This document shows, one piece after another, positions 10,432 to 19,688 of a stretch of DNA of 64,000 nt. This stretch comes from a virus. Both the position numbers and the translations under genes were made by a program. Location: the IMG/VR virus record IMGVR_UViG_3300043395_004689, positions 39,159 to 103,158 of that record, one strand, 5' to 3'. The notes under the pieces are model-generated. The model worked only from the letters and a program-made list of their open reading frames with translations, was not told the origin of the DNA and ran no database searches. Positions within the stretch are counted from its first letter, which is position 1, and each line of letters begins with the position of its first letter.

Positions 10432-11595
10432 ATGAAAAGAATTTGGCATTATTTTGCGGTCACTGCCGTTGTTGCGGCAGCTTTGTTTCCAACTGCAACG
10501 CAGGCTCAAACACTGCCTAGGACCAGTGATAACCGGCCCACACTACCGGATAATCTTCTCTTAGGAAATCCTTCTCGGCATCATTACCAAACTGCAACAG
10601 CACTAGCGCCTTCTACTCTGGTATTCCGCGAGCCGCGCGGCCGCGAAATAGAAATTGTAGCAAGAGCCCAGCAACTACTGGCCAACAGCGAATCCAAAAG
10701 CTTTGCACTGATCAATGGCAATGAGGTAGTGTGGGTTGGCTACAAGTCTCCTGCATCAAGTAATTCTAGATTTCTTAGCATGAGTGTTGGCAAAACTGTT
10801 ACGGCCATGGCCGTAGGAGCCGCCATATGTGAAGGACGACTACAGTCCAGCTCCCGAGTAGGAGACCTGGTACCCGAACTGGCAGACACTCACTTGGGCA
10901 AGTCTACTGTAACTGATCTTCTTCGCATGAGTAGCGGCACACAGGAAGCCGCCAGTGATTCTACCATTGAAACCCCAGCACAACGAGATGCCATATTTGC
11001 CGGGCGAATGAGTTATCTAGATCTACTACGCACCGAGCGAGCAAGTTCGCAACATCGTAGTTTATTTGGTGGACGGCAACCTGGTGAGACATTTTCTTAT
11101 GGCACCACAGATCCTCTGACATTAGCAGTCATGATTAATCGAGCAACTGGTTCAACCTATGCTCAGTATGTTGAACAGAAAGTTTTGATTCCTGCAGGAA
11201 TTGCACGACCTGGCGCAATTGGCCAAGATCATTTTGGTTATGGGCAAGGAGCAGGCAATGTTAGATTGACCATGGAAGATTGGATTAGGTTTGCCGTCTG
11301 GGTCAAGTCCAGCTCACTGAAAAATGATTGCTTTGGCGACTATGTGCGCGAAGCTACACGAACACAGATTTCCAATTCTTCTCGCACTTCGGGCGCAGCC
11401 TTCTCTGGATATGGTTATTTGATCTGGACTGATAATCAGTACAGTACTAGAGACAGCTTCTGGGCCAGTGGCTATGGTGGCCAACGCATTGGTTGGAATC
11501 GGTCCAACAACCGTATGATGGTTGTGTTTAGCAACGAGCAGAGCCATGTTGTTGACCTGTACCGGCTCTATGCAGATTGGGCCGCACTACGATAA
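10432..11595 (+). CDS. Secreted serine hydrolase, beta-lactamase/AmpC-like
   Basis: Signal peptide (AQA), SVGK (SxxK), LLRMSSG, FSYG, WASGYGGQ. Confidence 0.85.
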   Translation: MKRIWHYFAVTAVVAAALFPTATQAQTLPRTSDNRPTLPDNLLLGNPSRHHYQTATALAPSTLVFREPRGREIEIVARAQQLLANSESKSFALINGNEVVWVGYKSPASSNSRFLSMSVGKTVTAMAVGAAICEGRLQSSSRVGDLVPELADTHLGKSTVTDLLRMSSGTQEAASDSTIETPAQRDAIFAGRMSYLDLLRTERASSQHRSLFGGRQPGETFSYGTTDPLTLAVMINRATGSTYAQYVEQKVLIPAGIARPGAIGQDHFGYGQGAGNVRLTMEDWIRFAVWVKSSSLKNDCFGDYVREATRTQISNSSRTSGAAFSGYGYLIWTDNQYSTRDSFWASGYGGQRIGWNRSNNRMMVVFSNEQSHVVDLYRLYADWAALR

Positions 11596-11600
11596 TCTGC

Positions 11601-11693
11601 TAAGTTGTTGATTTTAAAGCGGTTTTTTGTTGTAAAAATACCACAAAAATAGCCCAAAAAACGGTTGACCTTTAGGTACAATGAGCCTATACT
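11601..11693 (+). promoter_or_regulatory. Early promoter module 1
   Basis: IHF consensus (reverse) 11601-11613; TGT-N12-ACA 11628-11645; TTGACC(11665)-17-TATACT(11688). Confidence 0.75.
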
Positions 11694-11724
11694 ATAGGCA
11701 TAGTGTAAGAAAAAGGAGCCAAAA

Positions 11725-11895
11725 ATGAAAGTTGAAACTGCAATTAAACAGATCCAAAACGAAGCCAAGTTTTTGGGCATGGAATTTTTGGATGTGATCC
11801 AAGATGTAGAAAAGTTTGGTCGCATGATTTACAGCGAACGGGTAGTTGAAGCTGTTCGCATTGTTCGTGAAAAAGCCCCTCATATCTTTGCCTAA
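11725..11895 (+). CDS. 56-aa early protein (not in ORF track)
   Basis: AAGGAG SD; MKVETAIKQIQNEAKFLG... Confidence 0.7.
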   Translation: MKVETAIKQIQNEAKFLGMEFLDVIQDVEKFGRMIYSERVVEAVRIVREKAPHIFA

Positions 11896-11905
11896 GGAGA
11901 TCCAC

Positions 11906-12178
11906 ATGTCAGCACTTCAAAAGTTCATTGATCAGAAGAACCATTGGAATAGTTTTTTCAATGGTGAGCAGTACGAAATCCGTACCGCCCAAGGCCGTCA
12001 GCGAGTTGCTGACATGATTGACTCGGCTCTGAGTCCTGAAAATCTGACCTGTGATGGCGAGCTGCCTCGCAGTGAAGTTAACCGCCGCTATCGTGAATTG
12101 ATGTCTGCGGCTCGTGCTCTCTATAAGCTTGATCCTAAGGTCAAGTTTTATGAGTGGTCCAGTGAAATTGAGGCCTGA
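11906..12178 (+). CDS. Hypothetical early protein
   Basis: AAGGAG SD; LSPENLTCDGE. Confidence 0.7.
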   Translation: MSALQKFIDQKNHWNSFFNGEQYEIRTAQGRQRVADMIDSALSPENLTCDGELPRSEVNRRYRELMSAARALYKLDPKVKFYEWSSEIEA

Positions 12179-12180
12179 TC

Positions 12181-12408
12181 ATGAAAACCATTTTTGAAAT
12201 TTTTCCGGGCATCCAGGTCTATGACAAGGAGCCTGTTGAAGTGGCTAACCCTTTCAGCGGCGAAACTGCAATCCTTGAACCCGAGGAAGTTGCAGTATAC
12301 GATTACATCAAGGGCTGTGAAATGGTCAGCGACTATGATGGGGTGCGCCGTGGCCTGGATTGGTTTAGCCGCAAGAACCCCGAAGCTTATATGACCCTCT
12401 TGGATTAA
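12181..12408 (+). CDS. Hypothetical early protein
   Basis: GAGG SD, tandem arrangement. Confidence 0.65.
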   Translation: MKTIFEIFPGIQVYDKEPVEVANPFSGETAILEPEEVAVYDYIKGCEMVSDYDGVRRGLDWFSRKNPEAYMTLLD

Positions 12409-12419
12409 GGAGAAGACGC

Positions 12420-12620
12420 ATGGGGTATGCTATACTGCCTGCTCGTGATAACAAATGGCAACCTAGGAAGGGACTGGAAGGCCCTTTCTGGTATGTTGAC
12501 CGTGTATTGTATTATGATCCTCGGGCTGGTCAGTACTGGGATCCAACCACAGACTTCTATGTTGAGCAGGATGAAATGGATCTGCTTCAACAGCGAGTCA
12601 TTGACATTCTAGCAAGGTAA
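12420..12620 (+). CDS. Hypothetical early protein
   Basis: AAGGAG SD; YYDPRAGQYWDP. Confidence 0.7.
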   Translation: MGYAILPARDNKWQPRKGLEGPFWYVDRVLYYDPRAGQYWDPTTDFYVEQDEMDLLQQRVIDILAR

Positions 12621-12625
12621 TTGAA

Positions 12626-13306
12626 ATGCCTCCTGGAGTTCAAATTAGTCAACAAGATGCATGGGCTTTGGTAGCTTATGCTGACCGCATCAACAAGGGC
12701 CAGTATGTAAAGTTTCCCGAGTTTGATCAGGATACTGGCAAAATTTCAGTACAACCAAATCGCGACATTATCAAAGAGCAACTTCGTTGCGAAATGGCAA
12801 ATGTTACAGACGCCGATCGCGCTCTGGGTGTAAAAATGTATGAGCATTTTCAAGGCTTGGCATTTACTGCATTGGGAGGTGGCGGCCAACCTCTGCGAGA
12901 GTACGACCAAAAGATCATTAACTTGATCAGCAAAGACACCATGCCGGCTGGCATCAGTATGGTTTACCTAGCCCCAATGGGTGCTCGCTATTGGCGAGAA
13001 ATCAAGCGAGAAGAACAAACTGAAATTCAGGAAAAGATTGGCGCTACCAGCACACATCAGGGCTCAGTTGGAGGACCGTATGCTGGTAAAGTAGTAGTAC
13101 TATCAAAGTTTATGGGAAAGCTATTTCCTGGCTCAGTGGTTAAGGCCACTGACGGTACTAACCTTTATTTTTGGACCAGCAGTAAGACTGTTGATGTATG
13201 GCCCGATTCGCCAGAACCTTTTACAATCTCTGCTTCAGTTAAAGCACATGGAAGCACAAGAGAAGGTCACCCCGAAACAAGGCTAACTAGAGTAAAGATT
13301 ACATAA
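12626..13306 (+). CDS. Hypothetical protein, possible C-terminal OB fold
   Basis: Ends in ASVKAH...ETRLTRVK. Confidence 0.55.
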   Translation: MPPGVQISQQDAWALVAYADRINKGQYVKFPEFDQDTGKISVQPNRDIIKEQLRCEMANVTDADRALGVKMYEHFQGLAFTALGGGGQPLREYDQKIINLISKDTMPAGISMVYLAPMGARYWREIKREEQTEIQEKIGATSTHQGSVGGPYAGKVVVLSKFMGKLFPGSVVKATDGTNLYFWTSSKTVDVWPDSPEPFTISASVKAHGSTREGHPETRLTRVKIT

Positions 13307-13321
13307 CAAAAATCAAACTAC

Positions 13322-13348
13322 AAATCCTGCTCCGGCAGGATTTTTTTT
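13322..13348 (+). terminator. Rho-independent terminator
   Basis: ATCCTGC-tccg-GCAGGAT followed by T tract. Confidence 0.8.
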
Positions 13349-13386
13349 GAGTAAACATTCAGCTATCAAGATTGCTACATACAAAC

Positions 13387-13938
13387 ATGTTCGCACCTCC
13401 ACACATTATTAACTACATCAAAGACTCTATTCCTGTATACGCAGATTGGCCAGCGGCAGGAGTACAATACAAAAATACCGTTGAACTTTTAAAGAATCCA
13501 ACGGCATTTGGATACAGTATCGACTGGTTCACCACCCTAGGAAGAACTGTTGGCGCTCAAGCTATTTTTGCCGCAGATGCTCGAGGTTTTATCTGGGGAT
13601 CAGCAACAGCTCGTGATCTAAGACTGCCCATGCATGTGGTACGCAAGCCAGGAAAGTTACCAGGGCTGGTTTGGTCTCAAGAGTATGCCTTAGAGTACGG
13701 CACGGACAAGCTAGAGCTGGGTTGTATTGAACTTGATAGACATCGTCCTGTTTTAATCATTGACGATGTGCTGGCCACTGGCGGAACGGCTGAAGCTATT
13801 TGTAAACTGTTGCACAACAATTTAGGTATAGATTACAGTCTGATGACTGTGGCTGTATTAATTAACCTGGGATTTCTGGGTGGGGATGCAAAATTGACTT
13901 CCATGGGCGTAAAGGTTCATGGACTGATATATGAATGA
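13387..13938 (+). CDS. apt: Adenine phosphoribosyltransferase
   Basis: ARGF, RKPGKLP, YALEYG, IIDDVLATGGT. Confidence 0.92.
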   Translation: MFAPPHIINYIKDSIPVYADWPAAGVQYKNTVELLKNPTAFGYSIDWFTTLGRTVGAQAIFAADARGFIWGSATARDLRLPMHVVRKPGKLPGLVWSQEYALEYGTDKLELGCIELDRHRPVLIIDDVLATGGTAEAICKLLHNNLGIDYSLMTVAVLINLGFLGGDAKLTSMGVKVHGLIYE

Positions 13939-14476
13939 TATTATATTGTTTGCGCTAGAAGACGAGGCTCCGGGTCTTTTCAAAGAGCTAGACAACATAT
14001 TTTGCATTGGGGTTGGCAAGGTAAACGCAGCCATCAATACCACAAGACTTTGCAACACTTATCGGCCCAAAAGAATCATTAACATGGGCACAGCCGGTGG
14101 CATTAGATTGGGGCATGGCATACATCGCATCAATACAGTATGGCAACATGATGTGAACTTGATGGCCTTGGGCATGAAGCCTGGTATCCACTTTAATGAC
14201 TCTGAAAGTATGATTATAATGCCGGGCGTTGGCAAGACCTGTGCCAGTGGAGATATTTTTATCACTGAGCCAAATAAATTACGAGTAGAGTGCGATGTTG
14301 TTGATATGGAAGCATACAGCGTTGCTAAGGTAGCAAACAAACTTGTCACTGATATCGAAATATGGAAATATATAAGTGACCCAGCAGACGCAGGGGCCGG
14401 AAAAACTTGGAAGGAACAAGTAGCAGCCGGTGAACCTTATTATAGAAAAATATTAAAAGAGCTAGGAGCAATCTAA
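13931..14476 (+). CDS. MTA/SAH nucleosidase-like protein
   Basis: GVGKVNAA, GTAG, SGD.F, DMEAY, ISD. Confidence 0.85.
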   Translation: MNDIILFALEDEAPGLFKELDNIFCIGVGKVNAAINTTRLCNTYRPKRIINMGTAGGIRLGHGIHRINTVWQHDVNLMALGMKPGIHFNDSESMIIMPGVGKTCASGDIFITEPNKLRVECDVVDMEAYSVAKVANKLVTDIEIWKYISDPADAGAGKTWKEQVAAGEPYYRKILKELGAI

Positions 14477-15075
14477 TGAATGGACCGACTGGATTTGCTG
14501 AAATGTTTCTCTGGTACGACGGAAATCCCAACAACGAAGACCGAGCCGGAATGACAGTGGTCTTAGAAGAAGGCGACAAAGTTAGGGTAGCAGATAAGCC
14601 ATACGATGCTCGTTACACGGAGCAGATCATAGGCGTTATTGGCGGAGACAATACCTCAGTGAGTGCAATAAGCAATGCATCACCGGAGGAGTGGCATGGC
14701 AAACATCTTCGAGATCCTTTTAATAGATTACTCTGGGAACCACAGGTAATGGTTGAATGGATCGTCGACGGATTTAGGCATTGGTATGAAGCCGACCGCA
14801 TACCAGAAGGAGTTGTAGTACCTGCTAATGCTACCTATTACCGCAACGAGTGGAATGGATACAAACTGCAAAGACAAATACTGTCTGAAGAATTTAAAAA
14901 TCCCGGCAAGCCTGTTGCCCCTTATTTGCCTAGATGGGAGCGTCAAGAATGGGCCATTGTAATTTTGCTAGGTCGTGCTGTAGTACGCAACAACCAATTA
15001 ACAAATCCTGGTTGGAAAAAGATTAGATCTATCAGCGATGGTACAGTAGCACTATCCGAGTGGCTAATAAAATAA
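14476..15075 (+). CDS. Stand-alone peptidase G2 / intramolecular-chaperone autoproteolytic domain
   Basis: FAEMF.W, IIGVI, EWHGKHLRDPF, YLPRWERQEW..V.LLG. Confidence 0.65.
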   Translation: MNGPTGFAEMFLWYDGNPNNEDRAGMTVVLEEGDKVRVADKPYDARYTEQIIGVIGGDNTSVSAISNASPEEWHGKHLRDPFNRLLWEPQVMVEWIVDGFRHWYEADRIPEGVVVPANATYYRNEWNGYKLQRQILSEEFKNPGKPVAPYLPRWERQEWAIVILLGRAVVRNNQLTNPGWKKIRSISDGTVALSEWLIK

Positions 15076-15086
15076 AAAGGACTACC

Positions 15087-15329
15087 ATGAAAGAAAATCA
15101 CTATGAAATTGTAAACACTATTATCATGGGAAGTCTCAAAGAGATGCTGACCAATTCAGATCTAACCTACATCAGTCAGACTAGCCCTCAACATTCTCAC
15201 CTAAGAAACCCTGGTGAAAAATATGTGCTAGATTTGATCAAGTCAGTGCTGCCTTTGCTAGTCAATGCCCACGCACTAACAGCCAAAGAAAATGCTGAAT
15301 TGCTTATGTTGGACAAACTGAGTAAATAA
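15087..15329 (+). CDS. Hypothetical protein
   Basis: ORF between G2 domain and TauD; start uncertain. Confidence 0.5.
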   Translation: MKENHYEIVNTIIMGSLKEMLTNSDLTYISQTSPQHSHLRNPGEKYVLDLIKSVLPLLVNAHALTAKENAELLMLDKLSK

Positions 15330-15332
15330 TGG

Positions 15333-16184
15333 ATGCAAACCAAAGACATCTACACCCAATGGGGTACGGAATTTACAGACATCTCTGATCTGTTTTCTCA
15401 GGATGTAGTTGAACTGCGAAAACTTTTATATCAGCGCAAGATGCTGGTATTTCATGCTCCGGACTGGACTGAACTAGAATATTGGCGTTTTCTTACTCTT
15501 TGGGGTTCTCCTTGGGAAAGAGAAGAGTATATTAAAAGCACAGAGCGGTGGAAAGCAATTCCTGATCCTGGCTCTGGAAAATATCGCTACATCACCTGGA
15601 TGAGCAACAGGCTCAGCAAGAGGTTGCAAGATTTTGCAATGCCTTGGCATGCTGACATTGCTAATCGCGTGACAGGAATCAACTTCCCTCATCGCTGTAT
15701 CTATATGAAGACTGTGCCAAATCCTGAGGCAGGATTTACATACTGGCTAGACATGGAATTGGCTTACCCTGAAGTGCATCCTAAATTGCGGCAACGATGG
15801 GAATCAAAGACTGTGGTTCAACAAAACTGGCACCACCCAGGCAAGGATATTGTGCAAGTAAGTGCCATGAAACAACATCCCATTACTGGCCGCTGGAGCC
15901 CTAGATGTAATTATCACGGGGTCAGCGATAGCTGGATCTTAGATATCATTGACTCAAACGGCAACAGCTACGGCACTGGAATTGTAGAAGAGCTCATGGA
16001 AGCCATGGCTGAAATCAAAGACTGTGTCTATGAAATGCGTTGGCAACCCAACGACATTGTTCTCTATGACAATTGGCCCTTTGTGCATAGAAGAACCGCC
16101 CCAAACCTCAAAGAAGGTCAAGAGCGGTTAATGTGGCGTGCCAATATTGATCACGATCCTAGCATCAAGGAACTGCTGGATTAA
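15333..16184 (+). CDS. TauD/TfdA family dioxygenase
   Basis: WHAD, HPITG, WQPNDIVLYDNWPFVHRR, RLMWR. Confidence 0.9.
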   Translation: MQTKDIYTQWGTEFTDISDLFSQDVVELRKLLYQRKMLVFHAPDWTELEYWRFLTLWGSPWEREEYIKSTERWKAIPDPGSGKYRYITWMSNRLSKRLQDFAMPWHADIANRVTGINFPHRCIYMKTVPNPEAGFTYWLDMELAYPEVHPKLRQRWESKTVVQQNWHHPGKDIVQVSAMKQHPITGRWSPRCNYHGVSDSWILDIIDSNGNSYGTGIVEELMEAMAEIKDCVYEMRWQPNDIVLYDNWPFVHRRTAPNLKEGQERLMWRANIDHDPSIKELLD

Positions 16185-16741
16185 GGTTCTAGCTCAGTAT
16201 CCCAGTAGAGGTAATCTCTCCAGGTTTCGTGCAAGTCCCTGCTCTGCGGCATCTTTCGGGCTTTGACATACAATTGCCAACTAGTTGGTTCCGTTGGCTT
16301 TTTCAAAGGAAGCATACCAACATCCTTGGGCAAATGCGAACCTTTACGATGATTACACGGTCCACAGGCCGCTACCACATTGTGCCATGTGCTAGTACCA
16401 CCATGTGCTCGTGGAATAACGTGGTCAAAGGTCAACTGACGAGTTTCAAATTCGCTACCGCAATATTGACAAGTATAGTCATCCCGTAGGAAAACATTGA
16501 ACCTGCTAAAGGTTGCCATTTGGTCTCGACGCACATATTCTTTAAGGGCCACAACACTGGGTAAACGCCAGGCCCTACGGCTACTGTGAACCTCAATGTC
16601 ATATTCCTCAACCACAGTGACTCTATCACCTATTACAGCCTTGATGGCTTCTTGCCAAGAGATGGTGCTCAGTGGATAAATTTGAACCGGTTGCCAATCT
16701 GCGTTTAGCAGTAGGGCCGGATATTTGCTTTCGTGTAACAT
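16181..16741 (-). CDS. HNH endonuclease (McrA-like)
   Basis: RDDYTCQYCG, TFDHVIPR, ACGPCNHRKG; TATAAATA on minus strand at 16751-16758. Confidence 0.92.
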   Translation of the reverse strand: MLHESKYPALLLNADWQPVQIYPLSTISWQEAIKAVIGDRVTVVEEYDIEVHSSRRAWRLPSVVALKEYVRRDQMATFSRFNVFLRDDYTCQYCGSEFETRQLTFDHVIPRAHGGTSTWHNVVAACGPCNHRKGSHLPKDVGMLPLKKPTEPTSWQLYVKARKMPQSRDLHETWRDYLYWDTELEP

Positions 16742-16798
16742 AATTTCACATATTTATAAGGAGTTGACACTGGATGTAGTTTACTATATAATGTGTAC

Positions 16799-17008
16799 AT
16801 GAGCAAGAAAATATTACGGAAACTTGTGCGGTCCGATGTTGACATGGACAATATTAATTCTTGGCTGCTGGCATTGCATGAAGCAATTGACTCTGAGACC
16901 ATGCTCACTGTCGAAGAACAAGAAGAATTAGAAGCAATAATTTACGGAAACATAAGCCACTATCTAGAAAGGTTTTTTGATTTTCCAGGCTACGGAAATT
17001 ACAACTAA
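16799..17008 (+). CDS. Hypothetical protein, probably leaderless
   Basis: TTGACA(16764)-17-TATAAT(16787), ATG 7 nt after -10. Confidence 0.65.
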   Translation: MSKKILRKLVRSDVDMDNINSWLLALHEAIDSETMLTVEEQEELEAIIYGNISHYLERFFDFPGYGNYN

Positions 17009-17017
17009 ATATATCAT

Positions 17018-17305
17018 ATGCTAAAATCTTTTGTACGGGCCGCCCGGCCTTTCAAAATTTTTGATCCAACTCTAACTGAGCATCGAGAACTTTTCTACAA
17101 GTTTGAACGAACCCAATCTTGGATAGGGTGCCCTTATCAGTGGGCCATAGATGATGACTGCCTGGATGTAGTGCATCATATCCGCAAAAAAATGCTGGAT
17201 TTTTACATGAAAAATGAATTTGTTGCGAAAAAACAACAAAAACAGCCCAAAAATGTGTTAAAAATCAAGCACTTACAGGCTCAAAAAAGCAGAAAAAACG
17301 GTTGA
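17018..17305 (+). CDS. Hypothetical protein
   Basis: 95 aa; TAAATA 6 nt upstream; 3' end overlaps promoter module 2. Confidence 0.6.
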   Translation: MLKSFVRAARPFKIFDPTLTEHRELFYKFERTQSWIGCPYQWAIDDDCLDVVHHIRKKMLDFYMKNEFVAKKQQKQPKNVLKIKHLQAQKSRKNG

Positions 17306-17330
17306 CCATTGGCTCCAGCTTTGCTATACT
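17221..17330 (+). promoter_or_regulatory. Early promoter module 2
   Basis: TGT-N12-ACA 17221-17238; IHF AATCAAGCACTTA 17263-17275; TTGACC(17302)-17-TATACT(17325). Confidence 0.75.
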
Positions 17331-17360
17331 ACTTGTATTGTAAATGAGAAAGGGCCACAA

Positions 17361-17585
17361 ATGACTGAATTTGAAAAGAACTGCTACGGAATTTCTGAAT
17401 CAGACATCCGCGAAGAATACATGAATAGCATCACTGCCAAATTCAGTGGGCTAGAAATGGTCGCAATGAGTGTGCTCAGCGATGCACAAGAATTGATGGC
17501 CATGGACCGAGTTGAACAAGCTCGTAAACAAATCAACATCGCCAAGTTCATACTGTCAGAAATGATGGAAGCTCGTGTTGCATAA
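17361..17585 (+). CDS. Hypothetical early protein
   Basis: VLSDAQEL...INIAKFIL. Confidence 0.7.
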   Translation: MTEFEKNCYGISESDIREEYMNSITAKFSGLEMVAMSVLSDAQELMAMDRVEQARKQINIAKFILSEMMEARVA

Positions 17586-17598
17586 AAACAACACACAG

Positions 17599-17639
17599 TA
17601 ACCCGTCAGGTTGACGGGTTATTCAAACGGTGCTAGAAT
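17599..17639 (+). promoter_or_regulatory. sigma70 promoter with a palindrome over the -35
   Basis: TAACCCGTCA-ggt-TGACGGGTTA; TTGACG(17611)-17-TAGAAT(17634). Confidence 0.6.
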
Positions 17640-17667
17640 AGAGTTATTGTTTAAGAAAGGAACGCAA

Positions 17668-18147
17668 ATGAACTGCTCACCCACTCTTACCGCAGACGAG
17701 TTCAAGGACCTTCACAATGCCCTGTGCGAACTTCGTAGCATTCGGGACAGTATGCATCACAGCATGGTCAAGCTGGACCGTGTTGAAGATGTAATCGACC
17801 GCTTTGAGCAAGCTCTTGCTGGTGCATATCAGCAAGACAACGATGCCTTTAGCACCAAGAGCGACCACTATGATGAGGTTCGCAAGGGCTTGGGGCTCAG
17901 TGCTATTTGGAGCATTTACGAAGTAGACAATCTCAGTGAGCCGCATCCGTTTGGCGATGTTACTACAGTGACCTACGAAAGCCATTGGGGACCTAATCCT
18001 GTGGTCAAGGGCATTGCTGGTACTACCTGGGCGGCCCTGTATACTGCGGCCAATGCTTGCATCCGCGACAGCGGCGACGATCATCATGTGTTTATCGAGG
18101 ACTTTAAGGTCCGCGGCGACACCTTGGTTCTTTCAACCGGTTCTTAA
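17668..18147 (+). CDS. Hypothetical early protein
   Basis: AAGGA SD before ATG 17668; GDDHHVFIEDF. Confidence 0.7.
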   Translation: MNCSPTLTADEFKDLHNALCELRSIRDSMHHSMVKLDRVEDVIDRFEQALAGAYQQDNDAFSTKSDHYDEVRKGLGLSAIWSIYEVDNLSEPHPFGDVTTVTYESHWGPNPVVKGIAGTTWAALYTAANACIRDSGDDHHVFIEDFKVRGDTLVLSTGS

Positions 18148-18165
18148 TCCCTAAGGAGACAGCAC

Positions 18166-18453
18166 ATGGAACAGCTCAGCCCGATTCAGCAGATTAACCA
18201 ATCTATCATGTTTGGTAATTTCACTGACGATCAGCTAAACTCAATTATCAGTGCCGTGAAGTTTGCTCGCGGTTGCTTGGCAAAATCTACCAAGCGGCAA
18301 CTTCGAATCGGATCTTCGGTGCGCTGGGCCAGCCAGCGAACAGGCCGAGCCGAAACTGGTACTGTCGAAAAGATTGCCATCAAGTTTGTAACAGTTAAAA
18401 CCCCTACCGGAATGCGTTGGAAGGTTCCAGCTAACATGTTGGAGGTTGCATAA
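18166..18453 (+). CDS. Hypothetical SH3-like protein
   Basis: AAGGAG SD; GTVEKIAIKFVTV...WKVPANML. Confidence 0.65.
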   Translation: MEQLSPIQQINQSIMFGNFTDDQLNSIISAVKFARGCLAKSTKRQLRIGSSVRWASQRTGRAETGTVEKIAIKFVTVKTPTGMRWKVPANMLEVA

Positions 18454-18914
18454 TGGCAACTCGTAGCACTATTGCAATTGAACACGAAGACGGCACCGTG
18501 TCGCAGGTTTACTGCCACTGGGATGGTTATCTAGATCACAACGGTCGTATTTTGATGGAGCACTATCAAGATCCAGTCAAGGTCGAACAACTGATTGCTC
18601 ATGGATCAATTTCTAGTCTCAAACCCGAAATTGGTGAGAAGCACGACTTTGACTGGTACTTCAATAAAAACGAAATCTCAGAAGAGATGAAGCAGATCTA
18701 CGAAAACCTCTGGACCACATTTTATCATCGGGACCGTGGTGAGGATCTTGCAGTTACCAAATTTTGGAATTTTGATATGTATCGTACCAGTGCTGTTTTT
18801 GAGGAGTACGATTACATTTATCGGTCAGGCAAGTGGTATGTACAGGTACACGGTCGTGGCTGGTCCAGTTTAGAAAAAGCATTTAATGCAGATGCTGCCT
18901 TGGAGGACGCATAA
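18453..18914 (+). CDS. Conserved phage hypothetical protein
   Basis: MATRS.I...YCHWDGY...G..L motif. Confidence 0.75.
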   Translation: MATRSTIAIEHEDGTVSQVYCHWDGYLDHNGRILMEHYQDPVKVEQLIAHGSISSLKPEIGEKHDFDWYFNKNEISEEMKQIYENLWTTFYHRDRGEDLAVTKFWNFDMYRTSAVFEEYDYIYRSGKWYVQVHGRGWSSLEKAFNADAALEDA

Positions 18915-19672
18915 TGAATATTAACACCGATCAATTGATTCAACGACTTGAGCATGGTATTGCCCTTCTCAAAGAATCGCAGTCTGATTTTAGTCGACAG
19001 CAGAAGGTACTAGTTACCATTTCGGCTCTAGCTCGCGAATACGCAAAGCAACTAAACGAAAAGGAATGCGAATATGAAACGCAATGATCAGTGGCTTGAA
19101 GATTTTGATCAACTGATTTGCCAGGTGCCTTCTTTGTTTCTTCCTGAGCCTGTGCGTGATGCTATAATGTTGAAACTGGAAAACATCCAGGAAGAAATTT
19201 CAGAGCAGATTGAACTGCAAAGCACTGACTGGAGCGCATGAATGGATAAAGAAAATTCTCCCAGATATACTGTTCGCTGGACTCAGCCCTATCGCCTGCA
19301 GATTAATCCAGAGCTGATTGCAATGAAAATGCTTGCAGAACTAATTGAACAGCAACAGCTAGAAGAGTCCGAGTACAAAGAGGCTAACCAAGTAATTCAA
19401 CGCATTAAGGAAAAACTATGAACACGAATCGTCAAAAAAATCTTGCACACGAACAGCGCCAACAAGCCAAACAGCGACCTGCTCAACCTCTTTACGATTT
19501 CTCTGCATTAGAATCTGTAGTGCGGGCCTGGGCTAAGCCACAAGCAGAAGAGCTCAGCCCTTACGCTACCTGCAATTCATAATATGGCTTGGGTTGGAGT
19601 TCTCATGCTTTTGATGCTTGGTCATCTTGGCTGGGCGTTGATCTATGCATTGATAATTTTAATTTTTAGCTA
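18914..19672 (+). other. Run of about five short (<60 aa) abutting ORFs absent from the track
   Basis: First is 18914-19087; further ATGs with overlapping stop/start codons near 19073, 19242, 19418, 19584. Confidence 0.5.
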
Positions 19673-19688
19673 GTTGATTATAAATTGT

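Noticed and set aside
16181-16741. HNH (and GIY-YIG at 53808) as intron-encoded homing endonucleases
   Set aside because: Flanking genes are complete, each has its own promoter motif, and no intron structure is evident.
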